Positions 19,072-28,871 of a stretch of DNA of 64,000 bases are shown here, one piece after another. The stretch's first letter is position 1, and every line of letters begins with the position of its first letter. The stretch comes from a virus (lineage: Duplodnaviria; Caudoviricetes): positions 1,531 through 65,530 of the IMG/VR virus record IMGVR_UViG_3300045952_000124; one strand, written 5' to 3'. The notes below the pieces were generated by a model. It was not told the origin of the DNA. It searched no databases and was given only the letters and a program-made list of their open reading frames with translations. The translations under genes were made by a program, and so were the position numbers.

Positions 19072-19685
19072 GCTACACATGGGACGCATCGGCGCGACGC
19101 TACAGGGATGGGAGCGGTCGGTTTGTGCCGCAGTCGGTCGTACGCTCCATGATGGACCAGCTATGGCAGGGCGGGCGGCGCGAGAACATGAAGCTAACGC
19201 GGCAATTCGTCCGGGGCGAGATAGGGGCGGACGAATGGAACAAAGGTATGCGGAGCATCGTAAAGGGCATCCACTCTGCGGCGGCAGTGTTTATGCGGGG
19301 CGGCTTCCTGAACATGACGCGCTCCGATTGGGGCTTCGTCGGAAGCCGGGTAAAGGCGCAGTACCGCTTCGTTGACAGGTTTGAGGGCGACATAACGCAC
19401 ACGCTTGAAGACCTGCCCGCCGATGCGGACCTGCCGGAAGGGGCGATGCTGCAGAGAGCAGGGATGTACTCCGACGCAGGGCGCGGCACGATGCAGCAGA
19501 TGGGGCGCAGGGTTGCCCGGCAGAGCGGTCTGACAGAGGAGCGGCGGATACTGCGACCCGGAGCCGAACACTGTACGGACTGCAAGGAAGCCGCCGCCGC
19601 AGGGTGGCAGGAAATCGGCACTCTCCCGGTTATAGGCGACAGCGCTTGCGTTACCAACTGTGAGTGTGAGTTTGGGTACAGGTAG
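19068..19685 (+). CDS. Head morphogenesis / minor capsid (MuF-like) protein
   Basis: After portal; RYRDGSGRFV N-terminus and HCTDC...GW..IG.LP..G...CVTNCEC C-terminus. Confidence 0.65.
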   Translation: MSYTWDASARRYRDGSGRFVPQSVVRSMMDQLWQGGRRENMKLTRQFVRGEIGADEWNKGMRSIVKGIHSAAAVFMRGGFLNMTRSDWGFVGSRVKAQYRFVDRFEGDITHTLEDLPADADLPEGAMLQRAGMYSDAGRGTMQQMGRRVARQSGLTEERRILRPGAEHCTDCKEAAAAGWQEIGTLPVIGDSACVTNCECEFGYR

Positions 19686-19713
19686 ACCGCCCTGTTCGCT
19701 GTTATGCACACCC

Positions 19714-19743
19714 TTGACATAATGGTCGCAGATAGGATATAAA
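19714..19743 (+). promoter_or_regulatory. Putative promoter before head genes
   Basis: TTGACA-18-TATAAA. Confidence 0.4.
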
Positions 19744-19745
19744 CT

Positions 19746-20153
19746 ATGCCAAACACACGCGACGCGGAAGCACGCGCAGCCGACCGCAACCCGGACCCAA
19801 GAAACCTGCAACTTCGTGACAAGCTAGCGGTTCTCGCGGAAGGGCAACGGTCGCTGCAGGAGCAGGGCGAGAAGCCCGTCAAAGTACCTCCCGAATGGCC
19901 TGCGGAAATCGTCTGCCCAAACTGCGAGAACAGGCAACCGACCGGAGCCTACACGATACTTGGCAGACGCGGACCAAACCGCCGCCGCAGGCGCTTGCTG
20001 AACCGGGTGTGCATCTGCCCGCAACCGATGTGCCGACACATATTCTCGCCGTCGTTTGCGTACTTTAGGGAGACTTGCCCTGACCTAGCGGGGCGCACGA
20101 CCAACGGAGCGCATGCAGGAACAGGAGCCGAAGCAGGAGCAGGTCGCCCATGA
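19746..20153 (+). CDS. Small Zn-finger protein
   Basis: CPNC...CPQPMCRH. Confidence 0.55.
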   Translation: MPNTRDAEARAADRNPDPRNLQLRDKLAVLAEGQRSLQEQGEKPVKVPPEWPAEIVCPNCENRQPTGAYTILGRRGPNRRRRRLLNRVCICPQPMCRHIFSPSFAYFRETCPDLAGRTTNGAHAGTGAEAGAGRP

Positions 20154-22204
20154 CCCCCAAGCTGTTAGAAAGAAACAAGTTTGTCCGCGAAGGAGAGCCG
20201 ACCGCCGATGAGATTGCGGCGGCAGGTCGCGGCACGTTCAAGGCGCGCATCGGCTCCAACTTAGGCCAACCGTCCGACGCTGTAGCCCGCATGCTGCATG
20301 ACGTGTACGGCGAACCTATGGATCCAACGCGGCTGTTCCTAGTGCCTGCAGAGCTATCAAACAACCTGCCCGATAGCTATTACACTTACATGCTTCCTGA
20401 GACGCTTGAGCGCTACGTCGTGCAGGCGAAGCAGGGGCGCGCGCTCATGCTGGCGCACGATTACATGGACCTGCCTGTAGGACAGTCGTTTGACGGCACG
20501 ACGGAGAAGCTACAGGAAGCGGAGAGTACGCGGCTCCTGCGCGATTGGTTCCTGTCGCATCGGCGGAGCGCCGGGCTAGACATGGGCAGGTGGGCGGGCG
20601 GCGTCCTGCAAAACTTCTACTGCGTGTGGTACATCACACGGGGCGGAGCCGGGGCAAACAAGCCTAACGACGCCGTAATTGACAGCATTGAGACGCGGAC
20701 GTACCGCGACGTGTCCATAGGGTTCACGCCGGGGCGCATGCGCTGCGACCTGTGCGGCGAGAACATCATGTCGTGGGACTGCCCGCACCTGCCGGGCGCG
20801 GAGTACGACGCCAACAATGGCACAGACCAGACGGTTATCTGTTTAGCGGGCGTCGAGAACGGCGACATGAACGAAGGTTCGTTCGTCGTAAAGGGCGCCA
20901 CGCCGGACGCGGCAGTAATCCCGGTCAAGGCGCGCATGATAGCCGCGACCCAACGTTTATCGCAGGACGAAGCCCGCGTTGTCTCGGAGTTGGAGATGCG
21001 CGTCGGCGTGCGCCTGCTGGACCCGCGACACCTAGAACGGGCTTGGACGGTAATACCGTTGAGCAATATCGCGCAAGCACCGGAGCATACAGGCACAGGC
21101 ACAACAGGCACACAGCACAAGGAGGCTTCAATGGTCAAGCGAACGGGCGGCACGACTGCCGCAGGAGCAGGAGCAGGCGCAGGGACACGCGGCACGCGCC
21201 AAACCGATCCGGCTGCGGTAGAGGACGCTGTAGCGCAGGCTGCGGAAGACGTAGCGCAGGCGCTAGCGGACCGGATACCGGAGTTGGACACGCAGATAGC
21301 CGCGTTGGAGCAGGAGATCGTCGGCGTGCAGGAGCAGATTGACGGGCTATCCGCCGCGACCGAAGTGGACAACACGGAGGCAATCGCCGGACTGCAGACG
21401 CAGAAGCAGGCGCTTGAAATCCAGTTGGACGCATTGAAAGCGGAGCGCGACACCGTGCAGGCGGAGTTGGACGCGCAGAACGGGCTAGCGGAAGCGACTG
21501 GCGGCACGCCCGTTGAAGCGCCCGCCGCCGACGCTCCTGCCGCGACCGAGACACCAGCAGCGCCGCCGCAGGGCAACACAATCGCGTCGTCACCCGCCGC
21601 CCGCATGCGCGCCGCGCTGACGCAGGCATTGGGCATCGTGCGGAATAACGTGCTGCCCAACCGGGTCGCGTTGAAGCGGATAACGACCGAAGAAGCGCAG
21701 CCTATACTTGACCTGCTCAATCAGTTGACGGCGGAAGTGCAGGCGCTCATTACGGATGCAGGGGCGGAGCCGCCCGTCACGAACGGCGTCCGCATCATAC
21801 TTGACAAGCTTCGCGCCGCGACGGGAGAGCGCAGCCTGTCATTTACAGGAGTAACCCGCATGGTAAACGACGCAGCCGCAGGCAAGCATTATCTAGCCCG
21901 GCTCCGCGATGAGTGCGCCCGCGCCTATGTGCGGTCCCACCCGCACGGCTCCGGCGACGTGGAGCGCTACAAGCGCATGATAGCCACACTGCCCGCGTCC
22001 GACTTGGAGAAGGAGTTGGAGGACGGGCTGCAGTCGGCGGGCGATCACTTCACAGCCGGGCGGAGCGTCCTGTCCGCACTCATTCCGCAGGACGCGACCG
22101 CGACCGACAAAGACCCGGCTCCGAAGCCCGTGAACAACGGCAACGGGGCGCACGACAGGATACCGACGTTGGCGGAGCAGACCAACGCGGGCAGCAAGTT
22201 CTAA
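20150..22204 (+). CDS. Prohead protease-scaffold fusion
   Basis: LAHD, DVSIGF, RCDLCG..CPHLPG, EGSFV.KGA in the N-domain; long coiled coil in the C-domain; upstream of MCP. Confidence 0.75.
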   Translation: MTPKLLERNKFVREGEPTADEIAAAGRGTFKARIGSNLGQPSDAVARMLHDVYGEPMDPTRLFLVPAELSNNLPDSYYTYMLPETLERYVVQAKQGRALMLAHDYMDLPVGQSFDGTTEKLQEAESTRLLRDWFLSHRRSAGLDMGRWAGGVLQNFYCVWYITRGGAGANKPNDAVIDSIETRTYRDVSIGFTPGRMRCDLCGENIMSWDCPHLPGAEYDANNGTDQTVICLAGVENGDMNEGSFVVKGATPDAAVIPVKARMIAATQRLSQDEARVVSELEMRVGVRLLDPRHLERAWTVIPLSNIAQAPEHTGTGTTGTQHKEASMVKRTGGTTAAGAGAGAGTRGTRQTDPAAVEDAVAQAAEDVAQALADRIPELDTQIAALEQEIVGVQEQIDGLSAATEVDNTEAIAGLQTQKQALEIQLDALKAERDTVQAELDAQNGLAEATGGTPVEAPAADAPAATETPAAPPQGNTIASSPAARMRAALTQALGIVRNNVLPNRVALKRITTEEAQPILDLLNQLTAEVQALITDAGAEPPVTNGVRIILDKLRAATGERSLSFTGVTRMVNDAAAGKHYLARLRDECARAYVRSHPHGSGDVERYKRMIATLPASDLEKELEDGLQSAGDHFTAGRSVLSALIPQDATATDKDPAPKPVNNGNGAHDRIPTLAEQTNAGSKF
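21131..22204 (+). CDS. Scaffolding protein from an internal in-frame start
   Basis: AAGGAGG SD at 21119-21125 before in-frame ATG 21131, at the domain boundary. Confidence 0.6.
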   Translation: MVKRTGGTTAAGAGAGAGTRGTRQTDPAAVEDAVAQAAEDVAQALADRIPELDTQIAALEQEIVGVQEQIDGLSAATEVDNTEAIAGLQTQKQALEIQLDALKAERDTVQAELDAQNGLAEATGGTPVEAPAADAPAATETPAAPPQGNTIASSPAARMRAALTQALGIVRNNVLPNRVALKRITTEEAQPILDLLNQLTAEVQALITDAGAEPPVTNGVRIILDKLRAATGERSLSFTGVTRMVNDAAAGKHYLARLRDECARAYVRSHPHGSGDVERYKRMIATLPASDLEKELEDGLQSAGDHFTAGRSVLSALIPQDATATDKDPAPKPVNNGNGAHDRIPTLAEQTNAGSKF

Positions 22205-22300
22205 CGCTTCGCTTGACTTGCTTCTTAGTGTTACGCGGACCGGACCGCATAGCCGCGTACAATCAGGGCCACAACAGCACACAATGCAGGAGTTAGAACC

Positions 22301-23398
22301 ATGAGCCGAAGAACAGCAGCGAAAGCCCGCAAGTATGACTACACCAACAAGCGGTATGTAGGCGACGGGCATAACATGGAACGGGACTTCGTTGAAGTCC
22401 CTGTAGGCGACGAGATGGTGCTTGAGCTGCGCCGCCTGTCGAAGAAGTGGGATAGCTCACATGTCGCAAACTTCCTAGAGGAGCGTGGCACGACGTTGCC
22501 CGCCCTGTACGAAGCGCTGGACATAAAGCCCGAGAAGCTTCGCGGGATGATGGTTCGCGAGATGATCACATCGGACGAATTGTCACCCCTGTTCGTCGCT
22601 ACGACGGAGGACGGCTTCCGCACGGGCATCAACGAAGTCGCCACGAAGTGGGAGCCGCTAATCGGCACGACCGTGACGATTGACAAGTCCGCCGCCAAGT
22701 GGTTCAACCTTGAAGGGGCGAACACTTCCGACGATTACACGTTGAAGGCGGTCGCGCAGGGTTCAGAAATCCCGGTCGCTACGCTCACCCTGTCGGAGCG
22801 CGAGATACACCTGACCAAGAAGGGCAGGGGCATCCAGTGGACGGACGAAGCGGACATTTACATGCCCGTCTCGCTTGCCCAACTGTACTTCCGCGTGTTG
22901 GGTATCCGCATCGGGCAGTCGTACTTCCGCATGGTCGCGACGCGCATCATGAACGGGTATTTGGACGACGGCTCCGACGCTCCGACCGTAATCAACACGC
23001 TGACAGCCGGGACGTTCGTCTATCAGGACGTGCTGCGCGGCATTGACACGTTGCAGGAAGAAAACGGTTTTCCTGCAACCGACATGATTATGTCGCCTAC
23101 GCGCATGATCGCTATGAAGGTAATGGAGACACCTGCGGGTGACTACCTGATACCGAACGGCGACATAGCCGCGTTCTTCGGACTGCAGGCGGTCCACAGG
23201 TCCGCCGCGATACCGGACGATGTGATCGTGATCTTCAACCGCTCCGCCGCTCTGACGCGGTACGTCGCGAAGCCGTTCAGCACCGAGGAAGCCCGGTATG
23301 AGTCGCGGCAGATAAACGCGATCTATGGCACGCTGATCGACCAAGTTGTTCCGGCAATTCCGAACAGCCGCGTCGTAGTTGACAGCACTTGGGTATAA
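22301..23398 (+). CDS. Major capsid protein (HK97 fold, probable)
   Basis: Position and size; VAQGSEIP, KKGRGIQWTDEA, ATDMIMSP motifs. Confidence 0.8.
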   Translation: MSRRTAAKARKYDYTNKRYVGDGHNMERDFVEVPVGDEMVLELRRLSKKWDSSHVANFLEERGTTLPALYEALDIKPEKLRGMMVREMITSDELSPLFVATTEDGFRTGINEVATKWEPLIGTTVTIDKSAAKWFNLEGANTSDDYTLKAVAQGSEIPVATLTLSEREIHLTKKGRGIQWTDEADIYMPVSLAQLYFRVLGIRIGQSYFRMVATRIMNGYLDDGSDAPTVINTLTAGTFVYQDVLRGIDTLQEENGFPATDMIMSPTRMIAMKVMETPAGDYLIPNGDIAAFFGLQAVHRSAAIPDDVIVIFNRSAALTRYVAKPFSTEEARYESRQINAIYGTLIDQVVPAIPNSRVVVDSTWV

Positions 23399-23597
23399 CC
23401 CAAGCCGACCTACGCTAACCCTGTAGGCGGACCGGACCACCGACCGGACCGTCTTGTGTGGAAAGCCTGCGGCGGCGGCGCTTTGGAGAGGGGCGTGGGA
23501 CCGCCGCAGGCAGGGGCAACGGGCAACAGACAGGGCAAGTTGATTGACACACCACATCTAACAGCGCGCAGGAACAACAGCGCGGGAGGAACATACA

Positions 23598-24041
23598 ATG
23601 CCTACTGAATACTTTGGCATGGCAAGCGGCGCGAAGCAGGGGATGCACCTTGGCGACACGACCACGAAGCAGGCTCCGTCAGACCTGTCGGAGAGCGTCG
23701 TAATCGTGCAGGGGGAGCCGCTCCGCTTCGGACGTGAGGGCGCTTCGGGCGTCGGCGTAACGGTTGTGAAGTGCGAGGACGACGATGTGCCGGAGTGCAT
23801 CGCTATTGAGCGCTGCGCTATCGCAAATCACCCGATTGGGGTGCGTCTTATTCCGAACGCGGTCGCAGCAAGCGCCAACGCAGCCGCCTTCATAGATGAG
23901 CTTGTGTATACCGGGGCGGTCCCTGCGGGCGACGATCTTGGTGTGCTTGCGAACGGCGCGGGCGCTTGGAAGATTGTCGCGGCGGGCGGCATCGGCAAGG
24001 TAATCTCTGCTGCGGGCGGGCTTGCGATAGTCCAGTTCTAA
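23598..24041 (+). CDS. Head decoration/cement protein (probable)
   Basis: Small beta-rich Gly/Ala/Val protein after MCP; SD GGAGG. Confidence 0.5.
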   Translation: MPTEYFGMASGAKQGMHLGDTTTKQAPSDLSESVVIVQGEPLRFGREGASGVGVTVVKCEDDDVPECIAIERCAIANHPIGVRLIPNAVAASANAAAFIDELVYTGAVPAGDDLGVLANGAGAWKIVAAGGIGKVISAAGGLAIVQF

Positions 24042-24183
24042 ACCTGCCGTCTTTACGGTATGTGGGTGGCTGTACGACCGGGCAGGTACAACACGGTAAA
24101 CCTGACCGTCAGGAGCCGCCCGCCAAGACAGCCGCCGCCCACATATTAGCCTGACGCAACCATGACACCGGGAGGTACACACA

Positions 24184-24813
24184 ATGGGATTTTACGTGCA
24201 ACTGACAAATCCGACGCAGGTCTACCGCTCCTACGATCACCAGATCGTAGTAAGGGGCAACGCGGTCGTAGAAGTGCCGAACCCTCTGCCGGACGATATA
24301 AAGAACAAGCTTGCGGGCGGCATGCTGCAGTTGGTTGAAGGTCCGGCGAAAGACAACGACCTGCCGCCCGCGCATCGCGCCGCGAACGCTGAACCCGCCG
24401 TCCCTGTATGGCGCAAAGACAGCCTAGCGACCGGGCGTCCTTCGGGCGGCGACGGCGGGCTAACGCCAAGCATGCAGCCGCATCCCGGCACGCCGGGCGT
24501 GGCAGGCGTCGGCACTCCCAAAGCATCGCCGGAAGGGGCGACTTCGGGACCGAACATACCCGGACCCGCTTCAACGACCGACCTTGACGCCGAAATCAAA
24601 GCGAAGCACGGAAGCGCCGCCGCCGCAGGCTCCGCAGACGCCGGGTCAAACGCCCTCACTGCGCCTGCGCCGGGCGCGGATGCTGTAGCAGGCACAGCCC
24701 CGTCCTCAGAAGCCCTCACAGCCGATGCTCCGCCCGATGCGACGGAAGATACCGACGATGGGGGTAAGACGCCGCCTAGTGGCGCTCAGGGGCGCAGGGG
24801 GCGCGGTAACTAA
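24184..24813 (+). CDS. Virion-associated protein with disordered Pro/Ala/Thr tail
   Basis: SD GGAGG; head-tail region position. Confidence 0.55.
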   Translation: MGFYVQLTNPTQVYRSYDHQIVVRGNAVVEVPNPLPDDIKNKLAGGMLQLVEGPAKDNDLPPAHRAANAEPAVPVWRKDSLATGRPSGGDGGLTPSMQPHPGTPGVAGVGTPKASPEGATSGPNIPGPASTTDLDAEIKAKHGSAAAAGSADAGSNALTAPAPGADAVAGTAPSSEALTADAPPDATEDTDDGGKTPPSGAQGRRGRGN

Positions 24814-25310
24814 TGCCGCAGATAATAACCGCAGCCGAAGTAAGCAGCCTCAATTCGTTCCCTCAAAACGTGCCGTCCGAAGCGATAGATAAATGGATAC
24901 TGGCACGGCAGGGCGAATTGTTCACAATGCTTCGGCTGCGGGGCTTTACTGACGCGACGCTGCCGCCGTACGGCGCGCCTGTCTCGCAGGTCCGGGCGGA
25001 CTTCCTTGAGAACCTGCGTCTGATCGTCATGTACGGGGCGGCGGCTATGGTCGAGAGCGCTCCGCCGATTGGACACAGCCCGGACGAATATGCGGCGGCG
25101 GTCGCAAGCTGGCTATCGGAGTATGCGCGCCTGTACAACAACCTTGCGGCGCTTACTCTGGAAAACTTCGTCGCTATGGGCCTGATACCGCCCGTGGTAA
25201 GCGTTGAAGGCTACGACCTGTCGGCGGTATCGCTTGGGGTCGTGCGTCACGCAAGCATGGAGCCGCGACCCGCGACCGACTTCTACCCGTGGCGTCTAAT
25301 TGAAAACTAA
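24813..25310 (+). CDS. Head-tail adaptor (probable)
   Basis: Synteny, size, helical composition. Confidence 0.5.
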   Translation: MPQIITAAEVSSLNSFPQNVPSEAIDKWILARQGELFTMLRLRGFTDATLPPYGAPVSQVRADFLENLRLIVMYGAAAMVESAPPIGHSPDEYAAAVASWLSEYARLYNNLAALTLENFVAMGLIPPVVSVEGYDLSAVSLGVVRHASMEPRPATDFYPWRLIEN

Positions 25311-25336
25311 CGGACCGAACGACCGAACGGACGAAC

Positions 25337-25840
25337 ATGGACCCGCTACCATTCCCCAACCTAGAGCTACTTGGCAGGCGCTACCTGACGCTCCTGCAGG
25401 CAGGGCTTCCGACGTACATCGGGCAGGTTGAAGCATGGTGGGCGGATGCAGGCGCGCCGATGGTGCTGCCCGCAATCGCGCAGTGGGAGCGGGGCATGAT
25501 ACCGTTGGAGAACGTCGGCAAAGTGCTACAGGCGTTTCCGGCATGCACGGTTGAGATAACCGGGATGACTACGACGCCGCCGCCGCAGGCTCCTATTCGG
25601 ACCGTGCCTCAACTGTTAGTGAAGACGTACGTAATCGGCACGACGCCGACCGAGACGGACGATCTAAACCACAGGTACGGTTTGGCTGTCAGCCTGTTCC
25701 TGCAGGAGAACAAAGTGCAGGGCATAAAGAACGCGGGCGACGTAAGCATTGACGTAAGCGAGACGCTAATCGCTTCTGCCGCGATGTACTTCAAAATGGC
25801 AGCATGCGTGCAGCCGCTTGTGCTTGGGGGTATCCGGTAA
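25337..25840 (+). CDS. Tail terminator/completion protein (probable)
   Basis: Synteny; FPACTV motif. Confidence 0.45.
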   Translation: MDPLPFPNLELLGRRYLTLLQAGLPTYIGQVEAWWADAGAPMVLPAIAQWERGMIPLENVGKVLQAFPACTVEITGMTTTPPPQAPIRTVPQLLVKTYVIGTTPTETDDLNHRYGLAVSLFLQENKVQGIKNAGDVSIDVSETLIASAAMYFKMAACVQPLVLGGIR

Positions 25841-26334
25841 TGGCTCCGCCTACGACTCTCGCGGGCGGGCTTGCAATCGTCCTGAAGTTCCCAACACGCG
25901 GAGCGCGCAAGGCTTTACAGGCGACCGCCGCCCGGTTGCCGCGTGGCTTCGGCATCCTGTTAGACCGGGGCGCAGCGATCCACAAAGAGGAATTGGAGAA
26001 GCGGACGCCGATTGGCAAAGGGCTTACATCGGGCGAGACGCGCCGGAGTTGGTTCGTGCGTAAGGTCGGAGCCGGAGCCGGAGCGCGCCGGGTCGTAGCG
26101 AACAAGAAGAAGCACATCATTTTCCTGTTCCGGGGCAGGGGCGCGATTGACAACACCGGGAGGGGCTACCCGCTACACTTCTGGATAAGCGGCAAGGAGT
26201 TCTACAGGTGGAAAGTCGGACCTGCACGCGCCAACCCGTTCCACAAGCACGCCGCCCGTGCTGCCCGCCGTCGCATCGTGCAACTGATGCCCGGAGAGGT
26301 CGCACGGTTGATAAGCGTGCGGGGCGCGAAGTAA
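25840..26334 (+). CDS. HK97 gp10-like neck protein
   Basis: Basic protein; RTPIGKG...GETRRSW and ARANPF motifs. Confidence 0.6.
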   Translation: MAPPTTLAGGLAIVLKFPTRGARKALQATAARLPRGFGILLDRGAAIHKEELEKRTPIGKGLTSGETRRSWFVRKVGAGAGARRVVANKKKHIIFLFRGRGAIDNTGRGYPLHFWISGKEFYRWKVGPARANPFHKHAARAARRRIVQLMPGEVARLISVRGAK

Positions 26335-26385
26335 CAGGTTAGAATAGCAACATCAACGAACCGACAGAAGCAGGAGGCAGCAACA

Positions 26386-26862
26386 ATGGCAGACAACACG
26401 ACTAACACGACCGGAGCCGCCGCAGGCAACGCAGGAGCCAACACGACGCCCGTTCCAAGCCGCGCAAGCGCTAACGCCGCCGCAGGCTCCCCAACCCGCG
26501 CAGGGTCCAGTACAGCCGCTAGCGGAGCCGCAGGAGCCGGGGCAGGCGCGACGGGCGCGAACGCTGGCGAAGTGGGCTCCGACGCGGATAGCCTGCAGGA
26601 AGTCGCGGGTCTTTCGGGCGCGAAGCTTCGCAACGCGGAGTACAGCGCCGCCGCAGAGGTAGCAATCGCTATGAAGCAGGCGGACGATCTGCAAGCCTTC
26701 CGCGTAGCGAAGCGAAAAGGCAGGGGCAAGAACACACGCGGCACGCACCTTGAAGTTGCGGGCATGCAGGTTCCGTTCGGACACGCCCTGATAGTAACGG
26801 CTGACGAAGCCGCGAAACTACAGGACGCCGATCTTGGCGACTACGAATGGCACGCGGAGTAA
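26386..26862 (+). CDS. Hypothetical virion-region protein with Ala/Gly/Thr/Asn-rich N-terminus
   Basis: SD AGGAGG. Confidence 0.6.
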   Translation: MADNTTNTTGAAAGNAGANTTPVPSRASANAAAGSPTRAGSSTAASGAAGAGAGATGANAGEVGSDADSLQEVAGLSGAKLRNAEYSAAAEVAIAMKQADDLQAFRVAKRKGRGKNTRGTHLEVAGMQVPFGHALIVTADEAAKLQDADLGDYEWHAE

Positions 26863-26965
26863 TCACCGCTCCGCTCCGGCGCAACAGGACGCGACGCATT
26901 AGTGATACCCGGTCCTAGCGGGCAGAGACGATAGCACGTAGCACGACACGACAGGAGCAGCAACA

Positions 26966-27589
26966 ATGGCAAACTTCAAACAATTTGATGAGCGTGCCGA
27001 GACTGCCGGACCGGGCCGCATCGGAGTAACACCAACCGTAATCGTGGCTGATCCGGGCGACATGGCAGACATAATGACGGTCGCGGACTTTGAGTTCGTC
27101 GCGCCGTTTGAGGACGTAGGAGCAACGGACGGCGGCATCGCCGTGAGCAAAGGCTTTGAGGAAACCGGGTATCGTGTTGACCAGTCGGAAGCCGACTTCA
27201 AGACGGAGAACACCGGGCATAGCCTGACGGTCACGACGAACCTTGCCGCGACGGGCGACATTGAGACGTTCGTCCTAGCGTGGGTGCTGCCTACAGCCAC
27301 GACAATCGTAGCGGGTCCGCCGGAAGGCAGGAAGAAGGGGCTTGCGGCGAAGCGGATCGTACCGCGCCGGAGCGTCGCCGTTATGGAGATAGACGAAGAA
27401 GACAAGCTTCGCTCCTACTTCATTCGCGACATGGGCAACGCGGCAGGCGACAGCGCAATCAACCTTGCGCCGGGCGCTCTGCACGTAATCGCCATGACCC
27501 TGCGGGGCTTCACGAAGTCGGCGGCTGCGGATGAGGAGTTCGGCTTCATAATCGAAGATGACGGATTTGGTGGGTTTGACAACGCCTAA
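26966..27589 (+). CDS. Major tail (tube) protein
   Basis: DVGATDGGI...VDQ pattern of siphovirus tail tube proteins; upstream of chaperone and TMP. Confidence 0.75.
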   Translation: MANFKQFDERAETAGPGRIGVTPTVIVADPGDMADIMTVADFEFVAPFEDVGATDGGIAVSKGFEETGYRVDQSEADFKTENTGHSLTVTTNLAATGDIETFVLAWVLPTATTIVAGPPEGRKKGLAAKRIVPRRSVAVMEIDEEDKLRSYFIRDMGNAAGDSAINLAPGALHVIAMTLRGFTKSAAADEEFGFIIEDDGFGGFDNA

Positions 27590-27604
27590 TCCGGCGACTA
27601 TAAT
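27576..27604 (+). promoter_or_regulatory. Perfect consensus sigma70 promoter at the end of the tail tube gene
   Basis: TTGACA(27576)-17-TATAAT(27599). Confidence 0.65.
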
Positions 27605-27617
27605 CTAGCCAAGCCCG

Positions 27618-27653
27618 GCGACTGTGGGGGCTGCAGCCTGCTCCCACAGTCGC
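27618..27653 (+). terminator. 11-bp stem hairpin (terminator or leader structure)
   Basis: GCGACTGTGGG / CCCACAGTCGC; no U-tract. Confidence 0.45.
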
Positions 27654-27720
27654 TAGCCCGTCGCCCGGCACACCTGCGGCGGCAGTGGGCAATAAGTTAC
27701 ACGTAAGGGAGTTTAGCCTT

Positions 27721-28377
27721 ATGACAACCGCAACACGCGGAAGCGGCAAAAGAGCCGCAGCGCCGCCGCAGGCGCAGGAGCAACAGCCGGAGCAGGTGCA
27801 GGAGCCGGAGCGGAAGTACCCAAGCCCGCAGGAGCGCGCAGAGGCGCAGGCGAAGCAAACGCAGGAGCAGGACCGCGCAAGCCGGGCAGCGCTCCGCAAT
27901 GACGACCCGTATCTGCTGGACAGCATAACGATTACGCGACCGCGCAAGAGGTCGGACCCGGACGATGAGGGCGAGAGCCGCACTTATACGTTTGAGGAGT
28001 TGACCATGCTCCGCACGTCCGAAGTAGGGGAGCTAATCGCTGAGAACCTCAACGCGCTGGTCGCAGAGGGCATACTAACGCAGGAGACTTGGGACAAGCT
28101 TGACCCGTCCAATCTCATACAGCTAGCCGACCTGCTCCGCAAAGTATGGGTAAAGATACCGGACCTGATCAGGAAGCTTCTCGGGCTAATCCTGTCGGCA
28201 GAGGACGAAGCGGACGAAGCGTTCATATTCTCATGGTTGAAGGTAACACAGTTACCGCACGTCCTAGACGGGTTCTTTGCGGCGAATGAGGTTGCTGACA
28301 TAGCAGACAGTTTTTTTCGGTCGGGTCAGAAAGTTCTGGGAGCGGTCCGGGCAGCAAGGGAGCCGCGACCTACCTAG
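27721..28377 (+). CDS. Tail assembly chaperone (G-like)
   Basis: Between tail tube and TMP; T7 slippery run at 28311-28317. Confidence 0.75.
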   Translation: MTTATRGSGKRAAAPPQAQEQQPEQVQEPERKYPSPQERAEAQAKQTQEQDRASRAALRNDDPYLLDSITITRPRKRSDPDDEGESRTYTFEELTMLRTSEVGELIAENLNALVAEGILTQETWDKLDPSNLIQLADLLRKVWVKIPDLIRKLLGLILSAEDEADEAFIFSWLKVTQLPHVLDGFFAANEVADIADSFFRSGQKVLGAVRAAREPRPT

Positions 28378-28871
28378 AAGAAGGGCATTTACTGAGCGTA
28401 TGTACGGAATTGACGATGCACGGCTTCGGGCCGAACCCGGCGTCAGTCCTGCGTTGGAGGCAGTTTTGGTACGCATGGGCGCACATCTACCTGAAGGACA
28501 GCCGGACCTATTTGAGATCCCGTCACGATCTGCTTTACGCGGCGGTCCTGCCGCACAGCAAAAAGGCGGACGAATTTCTCGCCCGATTGGAGGCGCAGCA
28601 AAGAGCAAGCGACACACAACTACGTAAGATACTCCGAAGGTATCTCCCGCGAAGCGTAGCGCGTCTGATAAACGCTCCGCAGCCGATAGCCCGCACAATG
28701 GGCGAATGGTACGACATGTGGATTGCGGAGCAACGGACGCCGGGAAGGAAAGCCTTCGTAGAAGCCGCGAAGCGGGCGTACATGCGCCGTAAGCGGAGTG
28801 GCCGACAGTTAGATCGGCAGGTCATAATCGGCGGCGTCGCGGTATCCCCACATGCCGCAACCGTCAATTGA
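27721..28871 (+). CDS. Tail assembly chaperone GT-like, via -1 programmed frameshift
   Basis: AGT TTT TTT CGG; the -1 frame is open from 28311 into track ORF 28410-28871. Confidence 0.75.
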
